Assembly (NCBI GenBank): GCA_040007715.1
Contig: JBDTUN010000921.1
Span: 4,761 to 68,760 of the forward strand
Reading direction: 5' to 3'
Origin: Acidobacteriota bacterium
GTDB lineage: Bacteria > Acidobacteriota > Blastocatellia > RBC074
Length of the DNA: 64,000 bases
The position numbers and the translations under genes were made by a program. The notes below the pieces were generated by a model that ran no database searches, had not been told where the DNA came from, and was given only the letters and a program-made list of their open reading frames with translations. Numbering within the stretch: the first letter of the stretch is position 1; each line of letters starts with the position of its first letter. Below are positions 1 to 9,336 of the stretch, one piece after another.

Positions 1-374
1 AGCCGAACTGGGACGCTTTCCAGTCCGACTTCCTTGGCAGCCAGCAATCTGCGCTGACCGGCCACACAAATAATCTGCCAATGGCCGTTTGGGTCAACCC
101 TTAAATCGCCAATCAAGTTTTGTTTCACGCCCTGCTTTCTAATAGACTCGACTAATTGTTTGAATTCGGGCGCTGAAACATCGAGTATTTGGCGAATATT
201 GTCCTGAATAGTGAGAAAGTTTGTCGGCAGAATTACCGTCTTGCCGACATTGCTCAGGAGTTTCTGTAATCTGTCATTTTCGGTATGAGGTTTTTGCTGC
301 TCAATTTCGCTTGTGTCAGCTTTGGCTTCGGCCGCGAACTTGTCCAAATCTACTGTCTTTTTCTGCTTATTCAT
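1..374 (-). CDS. parB: ParB-like partition protein (N-terminal part, gene runs off window start)
   Basis: Manual translation of minus strand from ATG at 374 gives MNKQKKTVDLDKF...GDLRVDPNGHWQIICVAGQRRLLAAKEVGLESVPV. This is the ParB N-terminal nuclease-like motif (GxRRxxAAxxxG). It lies directly downstream of parA on the same strand. Confidence 0.6.
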   Translation of the reverse strand, partial: MNKQKKTVDLDKFAAEAKADTSEIEQQKPHTENDRLQKLLSNVGKTVILPTNFLTIQDNIRQILDVSAPEFKQLVESIRKQGVKQNLIGDLRVDPNGHWQIICVAGQRRLLAAKEVGLESVPVR

Positions 375-455
375 CTTTAGACTCTTTCAAAAGAGAATTC
401 GTGAAGGTAATCAATTACCTCCATAAGTTCCGGGCAAGGTAATTGATTACCTTGC

Positions 456-1325
456 TTAGTCGATCACTTCGTCCATCGCTTCAAACGCATCTTTCGAATC
501 AGTGATCTTATCAAGTCTAGGGGGAGAGACACGGCCAACTCTGCGCCCTTTGAGTAACGGAAGAATCTCACCGGCGAGCGACTGATAGGCCATGGTGATT
601 GGCGCATCCTCACGCAAACTGGCGAGTAACATTTGCTGCTCCGCGGCGGTTTTGACACGCGAGGAAAAAGGAATCACTGTGCTAAAAACCCGTATGTTCC
701 CCTTCTCGCCATACTCTCTGAGTGATTCAGTAACTCGTGGGTGGACCGAAACTCGCCGGTCGTAGCCTGTGATCATTAAACCGAGCAACGTCAATGTACG
801 ATTGGCAGCATTCCTTACACGCTCAGCATATTCAATGACATCGAAGACCCCGCGCGCGGCATCCGGCTCTGGGAATAGCGGGATCAAATAATAGTGAGCA
901 ATGGCAAGGGAGGAGGTGAGCAGGCAATTTTGTGCGCCATGTGTATCGATGATAACGATGTCGTATTCGTCCATTTTTGGCGTGTCAAAGGGAAAGTTAA
1001 GAAGCTTGTCCTGCTCAAAAGATGCCCCGAACTGCCTTTCGATTTCACGGAGCTTTGGAGTTGCCGGAATTAAATCAACTCCTTCTGTCTTTGTTTGAAA
1101 AATAAAGGAATCGATTACCTTCCTTTCAAGGATCAAGTCTGCAATTGAGCGGGATCGAGCGGCTTCCTGGCTAATTCCCATCAAATCAGTCAGATTCCGC
1201 TGAGGATCCATATCAACAGCTAGGACCCTTTTTCCCATGGTAGCGTAGGCGGCGGCTAGATTTCCGGCAGTTGTTGTTTTTCCCACCCCGCCTTTCTCAT
1301 TTGTGATTACGATAATGCTTCCCAT
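456..1325 (-). CDS. parA: ParA/Soj-family partition ATPase
   Basis: N-terminal deviant Walker A (ITNEKGGVGKTTTAGNLAAA), VDMDPQ motif, 289 aa. Classic ParA. Confidence 0.9.
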   Translation of the reverse strand: MGSIIVITNEKGGVGKTTTAGNLAAAYATMGKRVLAVDMDPQRNLTDLMGISQEAARSRSIADLILERKVIDSFIFQTKTEGVDLIPATPKLREIERQFGASFEQDKLLNFPFDTPKMDEYDIVIIDTHGAQNCLLTSSLAIAHYYLIPLFPEPDAARGVFDVIEYAERVRNAANRTLTLLGLMITGYDRRVSVHPRVTESLREYGEKGNIRVFSTVIPFSSRVKTAAEQQMLLASLREDAPITMAYQSLAGEILPLLKGRRVGRVSPPRLDKITDSKDAFEAMDEVID

Positions 1326-1446
1326 AAACTCCGCCTTTCCTTGATATGATCATTTAGCTATCTGTGGTGTTTGCTGAAACTCTGAATTTATCTCAACTCA
1401 GTATATATTAACGTCAGAGCTATTTTCAATTTGCGAAGTAATTAGT

Positions 1447-1740
1447 GCGGAGTTTCAAGAGAAGATTCGCATGTGGAAAAGGAAACGGTCTGGTCTGTCT
1501 ACTTGGGAAAGTAGAGGCGAATGATTGAAGATAAAGAGTTTAGCCGACAACGAATAGTTTCAAGGACAGTATAAAGTTCAATTTTGGAGCAAAGAGAGCT
1601 AATATATTGATTCGATGGCACTTACAAAGGTATCCGGCATTTGAAGAAATATTTTTAGGGGTGAGCGGCGGGGGTGAGGAGTTTCGAGAGAAGATTTCAG
1701 CCCTAAATTGAGGGTACATGAGGAGTTTCGAGCGAAGCAG
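1447..1740. repeat. Three ~21-bp direct repeats (G[C/A]GGAGTTTC[A/G]AGAGAAGATT at 1447-1470, 1676-1698 and 1720-1740) in the AT-rich parA-rep intergenic region. Candidate iterons / partition sites.
   Basis: Repeats read directly from the sequence. Their position between the divergent parA and a candidate rep gene is typical of iteron or parS arrays. Confidence 0.5.
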
Positions 1741-1808
1741 GAAAATATTTTAAAGTTTCTCACCGCAATTATCTCCTGTCTTTACAGGTACTTATACGGC
1801 AAGTACCG

Positions 1809-3080
1809 GTGCATCTAAAAAATGGATATAGACAGCCAAGAACGACTGAAACTATTTTCATGGCTTCAATGAGCGATCAAAACGGAACAATAGGGATGCT
1901 TGATCTGGAAAGCTTGGCGGCGGAGTTCTCTGCCGTGCGGGTTGAGAGCGTAATGTCCAAGTTGCCTTTGCATACGCTGTCAACGCAAGGACAGATGCAG
2001 GTGCGGATTGAAAGGCGCGATGACAAAGGGGAACTTTCGTTGCTGTGGCAAGTCTCGCCATCAAGCCAATTTGGCGAACCGAGACAGTTGGCTTACAGAC
2101 TCGACACGCTAATTATCAACAGGCGGCTGGACGAAGCAGGAACGCCAACCCCCAAAGTTATTCGTCTGGGCAGCCTCCGCAACATTTGCCGCGAGCTGGG
2201 TTTGACCGAGAGTGGTCACAACCTCAATGACATAAAACAATCGCTATCACAAAACGCTGGCGCAACGATCCGTGCCAAACTGTTCTACTGCGATAAGGAA
2301 GGGAGTCAACGTAAGTTCGAAGCGGTCTTCAACAGGTATTCCGTAGTCTTCACAGGTGACACTTTGCCTAACGGGTCCGAGGCGGACGGCGTTTTCGTAG
2401 TGATGAACGATATCTATCAGGGCTTTCTGAATCAGGTGCCGTTGCGCCCTCTGGATTACAACTACCTGCGACAGCTCTCGCCATCAGCAAGCCGGTTTTA
2501 CGAGATCGTGAGTTTTCGAATTTATGCGGCCCTGAAATATGGCTGGCCAAAAATCTCTTTGAGCTATTCAGAATATTGCGAGGCGTCAGGGCAGAGAAGA
2601 TTGACGACCGGTACTGAAGTGAGCAAGCAGATGTACAAGCTTCACAAGCCTCACCTGGAGAACGGCTATTTGGCAAAGGTTGAGTTTGAAAAGACGCTGG
2701 ATAAAGAAGGGCTATTGAATTGGAACATCTGGTACGTTCCGGGACCACGGGCAAAAGATGAATATATCCAATTCAGTTCAGGCAAAAATAGCTCGGAATC
2801 TGCCGCTGAGGTGCCAAACCACCTATTGCCGCATAGTCAAGCACCGGCTGAGGAACTGGTGACCCATTTCCTGACAATCAGATTTGGCGGAACGAAAAGG
2901 CGAATTTCGCCCAAGGAGATCAAGATGGCGGAAGCGATATTGCATTCTCACAGCCCAGATGAATCGAAGAGAGTTTTGTCAGAGGCTCTCAAGTTAGCAA
3001 CTGAGTCTGGAATCAAGCCACTTTGGATGACTGAACTAAAGAGCCATATCGGGACAACTGTAAAGTGTCGTGAAAAATAG
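1809..3080 (+). CDS. Hypothetical protein, possible plasmid replication initiator
   Basis: 423-aa ORF immediately downstream of the iteron-like repeats and divergent from parA. I recognise no catalytic motif, so the call is positional only. The true start may be the internal Met (MASMSDQNG, ~1860). Confidence 0.3.
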   Translation: MHLKNGYRQPRTTETIFMASMSDQNGTIGMLDLESLAAEFSAVRVESVMSKLPLHTLSTQGQMQVRIERRDDKGELSLLWQVSPSSQFGEPRQLAYRLDTLIINRRLDEAGTPTPKVIRLGSLRNICRELGLTESGHNLNDIKQSLSQNAGATIRAKLFYCDKEGSQRKFEAVFNRYSVVFTGDTLPNGSEADGVFVVMNDIYQGFLNQVPLRPLDYNYLRQLSPSASRFYEIVSFRIYAALKYGWPKISLSYSEYCEASGQRRLTTGTEVSKQMYKLHKPHLENGYLAKVEFEKTLDKEGLLNWNIWYVPGPRAKDEYIQFSSGKNSSESAAEVPNHLLPHSQAPAEELVTHFLTIRFGGTKRRISPKEIKMAEAILHSHSPDESKRVLSEALKLATESGIKPLWMTELKSHIGTTVKCREK

Positions 3081-3303
3081 GAGGGTTGCAGAAGATAAAA
3101 ATCTTTAGCAGGGAAGTAGTCCATCGGGCGACGAGGTAACCGCCCAAAAGAAATTTGGCCTGAAGCGCATTTGTTTGGCGACTCATCGCTTCAGGCCAAT
3201 TCATTAACTCGCTTGATTGCGAGGTGGGTATTTGTGTGTCTACCCAACGTAGAGCATTCTGAATATCTGCCCATGCACTGTCAAGCCCTTTCTCAAAAAG
3301 GTA

Positions 3304-4623
3304 TTGATTATGTTTGCTACGGCTGCACAGCCTGCGCCTAAATTCGTCAGGCGAACGATCCTCAACGAGGACGAATACCGCGTCAATTTCAAACAGATAG
3401 ACAATGAAGTGATCAAATCTTTGGTTTCAGCCGAAGCGAGAGAAGTCACGCCGATGATGTCGAGTATTTACCTAAGCCTGCTCTCGGCGCCGCAGCATTG
3501 TTGGGAGCGGGAGGGGGTTTTACATTTCATCGGTGAAGATTGCGCGGACGGCCATCTGACCGCTTGGGAACAGATGCGTAAAATTGTGGGCGTCGCAAAT
3601 TCTACGCTTTCGAAGTCTCTTGATTGGATGCATAAGACCGGCGTTATAGGCTATGACGCCCGCGCCAACGGTGTGGGAATCCGAGTCTTTTTCAACCGAG
3701 CTTTGGCTTCAATCCGCTCCAAACCGGGACAAAAAAATTTGCGTCTGGTTCCCACTCCATTTGCCGACGTTCCCACTCCATCTAATGGAGTGCGCTTTAA
3801 GGAATATAGTTCTGAGATAGATTTAGAACAATTAGATCCCCGCGCATCCGCGCGGGAAGAAAATCAATCGAGTAATCAAATCTTCGCCGAAGCGGCTTCG
3901 ATCACTGAACCACCCGCGACAAGTCCGAATCTAAAAATAGTTCCTGCACGGCCCACAGCAGTTGATAGGGAAATTATTGCGGCACTAACGCGGCAAATCA
4001 CCAATGATCTACGACCGGAAATCAATGCAGCGGTCAAACGCGAAACCGACAACACCAAAGATTGGTTTTTGAAATTTGGATTGCCTAAAGCCACGCGTGT
4101 CGCGCAGCGCGAAACATACGATCTCCTACGCTCCCACGGTGTGATTCCGAAAAAGCCAAGCAATTCAGGCGAGGTTGGCCGGTACAATGCGAATTCAGGA
4201 CAGGGTAAGGAAGGGAAAAGCGAGAACGAACGAATTGCTGCCTTCCTTGCGGAAACCAGCGTTGCAATCGAACAGGTCATCGCATCTCGCGATGTTTCAG
4301 GAAAAGCAGAGTTGCTCACCGCTGTCACAGCAGTTGATAGGCAACTGATCGAAATCCGCGACCGGTTAATCAGCGGCGAACCGATGGCGATAGAGGAAAT
4401 TGATAATAGCTTGTTGGCGATTGAGAATGAGCTCAGCGAAGCGTTATGGGATGCGACTGACTTTGATCAACGAGAGGCGATGCTGAAATTGGCGAGATTG
4501 GAGATGCAAAAATACGCTCTGCGAATGGAGAAGAAAACCTTCGAAGACACTGTACGTCGGCGAGTGTTGGCGCAGCTCCGCGAACAATATGCAATCCCTC
4601 GCATTGGCCTTTTCTATATCTGA
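3304..4623 (+). CDS. Hypothetical protein with winged-helix/HTH-like segment (possible replication or regulatory protein)
   Basis: 439-aa ORF with an HTH-like stretch (STLSKSLDWMHKTGVIGY) and a coiled-coil C-terminus. Coding-like composition. Confidence 0.3.
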   Translation: MIMFATAAQPAPKFVRRTILNEDEYRVNFKQIDNEVIKSLVSAEAREVTPMMSSIYLSLLSAPQHCWEREGVLHFIGEDCADGHLTAWEQMRKIVGVANSTLSKSLDWMHKTGVIGYDARANGVGIRVFFNRALASIRSKPGQKNLRLVPTPFADVPTPSNGVRFKEYSSEIDLEQLDPRASAREENQSSNQIFAEAASITEPPATSPNLKIVPARPTAVDREIIAALTRQITNDLRPEINAAVKRETDNTKDWFLKFGLPKATRVAQRETYDLLRSHGVIPKKPSNSGEVGRYNANSGQGKEGKSENERIAAFLAETSVAIEQVIASRDVSGKAELLTAVTAVDRQLIEIRDRLISGEPMAIEEIDNSLLAIENELSEALWDATDFDQREAMLKLARLEMQKYALRMEKKTFEDTVRRRVLAQLREQYAIPRIGLFYI

Positions 4624-4842
4624 CTGAGATGCTCAATGAAGTTTGCCCGCTGAAATGCTTCGTGAAAGCGCTATGTCTAATTGGTCATCTGAACAACTTG
4701 AGATGTTAAACGAAGCGTATCAATCTCAAGACCAAGATTCGTATGAATGGGTTAAAGGCTTGTGACGAAAACTTCCGCAATAGATGAGTTATATACTCTG
4801 ATTAATGTCATGGTCGCCCAAGTTACAAGTCGCTTGAATAAT

Positions 4843-5161
4843 TGAATGATGCACAGTAGTGTCCGGTCATAAGTCGAATAGATATAACTCTTTAGAAAAC
4901 TGGTCTGACGGTTTCTGTAACTGACACTCGAAAAGTAGTTGTTTTAATGGATTTTATCAAAATAGAAAACGAAATTATTTGTAGAATTTCGTAGAGGTTA
5001 CGCCTTAAATTCAGTTCTTTCCTAGCAATTGCCACCATAGAGATTGAGAGTCTCTGGCTTTCTGCTGAAATCGAAAAATCGTAAAATCGCTGTAATCAGC
5101 TATAACCCAATACCTTATAGCTCTGATATTTTTTTTAACCGGACACTACTGAATGATGCAC
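4843..5161. repeat. 12-bp direct repeat TGAATGATGCAC (4843-4854 and 5150-5161) plus 12-bp perfect inverted repeat AGTAGTGTCCGG (4855-4866) / CCGGACACTACT (5139-5150), bracketing ~270 bp of AT-rich DNA
   Basis: Read directly. Lies in a ~590-bp low-GC non-coding gap between gene 3304-4623 and the primase-like gene. Confidence 0.5.
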
Positions 5162-5210
5162 TATGATCATTTTTCCATCCACAAGTCGCGGGAATTGCCG
5201 AAAACATCTT

Positions 5211-6347
5211 TCAACACCTGAGGCGGGCAGTTAGATCAGGCCAGAGGGTATCAATCCGCCTCTGCAGATCACGACTAAGCGCATGAAACCATCGTTCGAT
5301 GCTGATTGGCCACACTGCATGATTAAGAGCTACTGCGTCGTCAATTCCTTTAGCATCTCGAGGCCAGGCGGCGATCTGAGTAGTCTTAAGAGTTTTTTCG
5401 GCTTTGATTCGGCAGGAGAGTAGAGCGGCGAGTCGCAAGCAAACAGCCTCATTCGTATAGTAATCCTGGTCGAAGGCAATTAACACACATCGTCCCCGCG
5501 TGATCTTAATCAACATTTCGTGATTGGAAGCAACGCCAGCGGTAGCGACAGCACAAGTTTGCGGGCGCAAGGCGGCGAGAACATCCGCCTTGAGTAAACC
5601 TTCAACAATAACAATTGTGGCGTCACGAGACATCTCCTCCGGGCGGAATGTGAAGTGCAATGGGTTGCCGGAACTGGTGCCATCAGGCAAATCATTCGAC
5701 GAAAGCCAGCAATAGCGCATCCTATGCTTGTAAAGGCCGAAGCAGCGCATTTGGCAAGCTTGGATCAATCCCTGCCGGTCGCGACAAGGGATTAACAGTC
5801 GCGGGTATTGGAAATCCCTGCGTGTCCACAGATGCCAGCCATCGCTATCTCTCCAAAACCCAGGCACACCTCGTAGCGAAGTAATCTCAGGAAATTGCGC
5901 TTTTACCACCTCAAGAGTTTGGCCGGCGAGCAAGTCGCGCTGTCGGGATTGGGTGGGCAACGCTCCGTAACTGTGAATCTGATGCTCGGCAAGACCACGC
6001 GTTAGAAGCCCCTTCTGTCCTTCCACTAACAGCTTACGCTGGCTGGTTGCTGGTGAAAGTCGGATCAAGGTGCGATAGGCGAAGTCTCTAACACAAATGG
6101 GTGCTAAGGAACTTTGCGGCTTATCATGTTTCGGAGGTGAGTAAACGAAAGGGACATCGGCATTGGATATATGGACAAAGATAGCACCGCCTTGCCGATT
6201 GATGCGCCGCGCTCCCTGGCTCACGCGCATGCAGATGGTCACCTGTTCGTCGCGTGTGTATATGCACCAGTCAGGCTTTCCGCACACGCGGCAAGGCCTG
6301 CGCTTACTGACGCGAGCATAGCCAGAAGAAACGCGCCACTTGATCAT
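5211..6347 (-). CDS. Primase-like protein: N-terminal Zn-finger (CRVCGKPDWC) plus TOPRIM domain (DUF3854-like architecture)
   Basis: Cys cluster at the N-terminus. TOPRIM-like segment IVIVEGLLKADVLAAL...VLIAFDQDYYTNEA (conserved E and DxD). This architecture is common in conjugative elements. Confidence 0.5.
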   Translation of the reverse strand: MIKWRVSSGYARVSKRRPCRVCGKPDWCIYTRDEQVTICMRVSQGARRINRQGGAIFVHISNADVPFVYSPPKHDKPQSSLAPICVRDFAYRTLIRLSPATSQRKLLVEGQKGLLTRGLAEHQIHSYGALPTQSRQRDLLAGQTLEVVKAQFPEITSLRGVPGFWRDSDGWHLWTRRDFQYPRLLIPCRDRQGLIQACQMRCFGLYKHRMRYCWLSSNDLPDGTSSGNPLHFTFRPEEMSRDATIVIVEGLLKADVLAALRPQTCAVATAGVASNHEMLIKITRGRCVLIAFDQDYYTNEAVCLRLAALLSCRIKAEKTLKTTQIAAWPRDAKGIDDAVALNHAVWPISIERWFHALSRDLQRRIDTLWPDLTARLRC

Positions 6348-6393
6348 TTTTATTACCTCCGTGAATACCCACCACTGCCAGCCGCAATAATCT

Positions 6394-8442
6394 TCAGTAC
6401 CGCAGCGTCAGTGCTTGCTCGGCGCGGCGAGCGAGGTCGCGGCTCAAGGTCGTGACGATCTGTGACATCTGTTCGAGCTTGACGGCCTTCATCCCGGAGA
6501 CTTTCATCACCTCAGCAGCCTTGAGCGCCCCGGCGAAGTTGAGTTGGTTGGCTTCGAGGTTGAGCTTGTAGGCCGAGTTGATTCCACCAACCTGCTGGCG
6601 GTAGCCGCGCTCGACTCCGCCGGCGGAGAAGTCGCGTTGCGCACGTGCCGCGCCGACGTTCGCAGCGGCCTGAGAGTCGGCAATTTTGCCTGCCTCCTTC
6701 GCGTAGTCGTCAGCCGCATCAATCCGCTTCTGGCCCGTGTACTCGTAATTCTCGATGTGGGAGCCCCGCGCATCGCGCAGGATATTGGCTCTGGCGTCGG
6801 AGGTCGTGTTGTTAATGCTGATTTCGCTCGCACCACGCGCCGGCGTGGTCAGCACCTTCGCGGCGTCGCCTACGACGATCCCGGCGCCGTGATCCACCGT
6901 GTCAAGTGAACGACCGGTTAAGGTCGTGACGTTGCGCTCGGCTTGTGAAAGGCGAAGGTCATATTCTTCTCGCCGCATTGAGATATTGGTTTGCTGCTCG
7001 CCGAAACTGCGGTCGGCCAGATACCCGCGCGTCTGCTGCTGGCGGTTCTGCTCGACCAGGCCGCGCGTTGCGCTGCGTTGCGCTTCAGTCATCTGCACCG
7101 ACATGGCGTAGCCGCCCGCGATTGCACCGAGCGATTGTGACCTCGTTGCCGCAGCAGATTGCAGACCGAGGATCTGTTGCGCACGGCTGGTCAGACTGCC
7201 AGCGTCTCTGCTCGCAGTCGCCCGCGCCTGCTCAGCCTGATATTGCCCTTCAAGGCGCGTTTCACCGGCTTGCCGCTGCAAGGCCGTGCCGTACTTTACG
7301 CCGGCGACCTCCATCCCGGTCGCGGCGAACGCGCCGAGCCACCCGGAAGCAGTCGTTGAGACGGCTTCAAAGATTTGCCCGAAGGCGAGCTTGTAGCTGA
7401 TGTAGGGCGAGGCGAGCAGGAGCAGGGAACTGAGAGCCATCAGTACCATCAAGATCAGGCAGGCATAAACAGCCTGCGTAATCTTTGCCGGATCGCCAGT
7501 GATCTGACCATTCGGGTCGAGACTGAAGATACCAGTCTCCGGGCTGATGATCTTGAAAGCCAGATTACCTGCCGTGTAGACGGCAAGTCCCAGGATGTGA
7601 CTGACAAGCGGCGTAACGAGCGTGAAGACCGACGCGCTCCAGGCAAATGGATAAGAGATGCGCTGCGCTAAGTTGCGGTCAATCGCGAGCGCAATGGCGA
7701 ATGGCACAAATAGCCGCAGCCCGATGGTGAGTAGCGCGCTGAGCAGAGCCAGGAAGAGACCTGCGAACTCAAGTAGGAAGCGCCCAACAGTCATGCCGAT
7801 AAAGACGTTCGAGAGGTTCCAGGACGAAGCATCAAGCAGCTTCGTAATGTTGCGGAAATTGGCGTTCTCGCTCGTCAGCGCGCCGATGGCTTCTTCGGGA
7901 TTGTTGACGACGGGCTTAACGAGGAACATCCCTTCGGTGAACTTCTCGTAGTTCGCGTTAAATTCAATTTCAGCATCCCAGAAAACCTTCCTGAACTCAG
8001 TCACGTTGACGATGTCATAACCGATTTGGCTGCCGGTATTGATGATGGTGCGGCCCGTGCCGAACAGCATAAAGATGACGGCGAGGCGGAAGCACCACCA
8101 AAAGAGTTCTTTTCCCGCGCCATCGTTTTCGCGAAACATTCGCGCGAAGGAAATCAGCATGACGATGACCGCAATCCAAAAGGCGAGATTTTCGAGACCT
8201 TGCACCAGCGGACTTTCAATCGCGTTCTGCAATTTCGGGATCAGGTTTTCGGCGATGAGCACCAAGTCTATCAGCGGATCGCCGGTTGTGCCGGTGGAAT
8301 TGGCATTGCTCGCTGGCGTCGGGGTAGGTTGTCCGCTTGGACTTTGGGCGAGCGCCTGCGGTCCGGCTCCGCAAAGGATCGTGAGCAGAAGTGCGCAGGC
8401 GCTCATCCACGGGGCATACTTGCACCATTGGTTATTGGCCAT
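6394..8442 (-). CDS. VirB6/TrbL-like conjugal transfer inner-membrane protein
   Basis: 682 aa with a signal-like N-terminus, multiple long hydrophobic helices and a Q/A/R-rich repetitive C-terminal tail. It sits between the VirB5-like and primase genes in a T4SS block. Confidence 0.5.
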   Translation of the reverse strand: MANNQWCKYAPWMSACALLLTILCGAGPQALAQSPSGQPTPTPASNANSTGTTGDPLIDLVLIAENLIPKLQNAIESPLVQGLENLAFWIAVIVMLISFARMFRENDGAGKELFWWCFRLAVIFMLFGTGRTIINTGSQIGYDIVNVTEFRKVFWDAEIEFNANYEKFTEGMFLVKPVVNNPEEAIGALTSENANFRNITKLLDASSWNLSNVFIGMTVGRFLLEFAGLFLALLSALLTIGLRLFVPFAIALAIDRNLAQRISYPFAWSASVFTLVTPLVSHILGLAVYTAGNLAFKIISPETGIFSLDPNGQITGDPAKITQAVYACLILMVLMALSSLLLLASPYISYKLAFGQIFEAVSTTASGWLGAFAATGMEVAGVKYGTALQRQAGETRLEGQYQAEQARATASRDAGSLTSRAQQILGLQSAAATRSQSLGAIAGGYAMSVQMTEAQRSATRGLVEQNRQQQTRGYLADRSFGEQQTNISMRREEYDLRLSQAERNVTTLTGRSLDTVDHGAGIVVGDAAKVLTTPARGASEISINNTTSDARANILRDARGSHIENYEYTGQKRIDAADDYAKEAGKIADSQAAANVGAARAQRDFSAGGVERGYRQQVGGINSAYKLNLEANQLNFAGALKAAEVMKVSGMKAVKLEQMSQIVTTLSRDLARRAEQALTLRY

Positions 8443-9301
8443 TTTGCAAATTCTCCCTGAGACGGATCGTGGCGTCGGTGATGCCGCGCCAGGCTTTGTT
8501 CATGTTTCGGATGTTGCGTCCAAAGTGAGTGCGTTCTTCTTCGATCTTGTAAATCTCTTCGACGCGCTTGGCCTTGAGATCGAACAGGCGGCTGACTTCG
8601 GCCTCTGCCTTGGCGGACTTCTCTTCGAGCTTGGCGATTTCGAAAGATAACTGCTCTATGTCGCGATCCTTGTCGGTGCAGTCATCGCAAGCCCTCAACC
8701 GCTCCAGTTCCTCCTTCTTGCCCGTAATGTAGTCGTTGAGTTGTGCCAGTTGTTCGGCCTCGCGCTGCTGGTCATAGACGATGCGTTCGAGTTGGTTGTC
8801 CATCTTCTTCAACCGCTCGAACTCTGCTTCGGTGTCCTGCGCGGTTTTGCCAATGCCGTAGCGTAGGTACTCTGCGAAGTCGCGCTTGTCGGCTTCAGGA
8901 TCAAAGATGCCGTTACGCAGCCGTTGCTCGATGTTCATGATCGCGCGCGCCGAGCCAGTGACTAGATTGACGAGTTGGTTCTTGAGCTTGAAGGAGAGAC
9001 GAACGGCCTGTCCCCAATTGCTCACCAGCGTCCGCATACGACGTTCATTGGCCAGCGCCTCATCCACGGTCTGCAAGATGCCTTTCAAGTTTGTGAGCTG
9101 GCCGACGGCGTTCTCATACATTCGGGTGTACTGGTTAACAGTCTCAATCCAGCGATTGATCTCCTCAATCCGCTTTTTGATTTGGAGCGCGTAAGCTGTC
9201 GGATCAAAGACCGTCCATTGTGCTTGAGCGGTTGCTGGCATCAAGACGGCGGCTAGAACGACGCCGAGCAGCATTTGTCGGGGAAGGGAATTGCGACGCA
9301 T
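8432..9301 (-). CDS. TrbJ/VirB5-like conjugal transfer protein
   Basis: Start chosen at ATG 9301, preceded by GGAGGTAAAAATA (strong SD). Signal peptide, then WTVFDP...INRWIETVNQY and a long coiled coil, typical of TrbJ. Confidence 0.5.
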   Translation of the reverse strand: MRRNSLPRQMLLGVVLAAVLMPATAQAQWTVFDPTAYALQIKKRIEEINRWIETVNQYTRMYENAVGQLTNLKGILQTVDEALANERRMRTLVSNWGQAVRLSFKLKNQLVNLVTGSARAIMNIEQRLRNGIFDPEADKRDFAEYLRYGIGKTAQDTEAEFERLKKMDNQLERIVYDQQREAEQLAQLNDYITGKKEELERLRACDDCTDKDRDIEQLSFEIAKLEEKSAKAEAEVSRLFDLKAKRVEEIYKIEEERTHFGRNIRNMNKAWRGITDATIRLRENLQNGQ

Positions 9302-9336
9302 ATTTTTACCTCCAGAGATGTGATGATCAGGAATCG

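Noticed and set aside
221-442. 73-aa plus-strand ORF between parB and parA
   Set aside because: It overlaps the 5' end of the minus-strand parB reading frame. Low-complexity translation, and no RBS noticed. Most likely non-coding or antisense.
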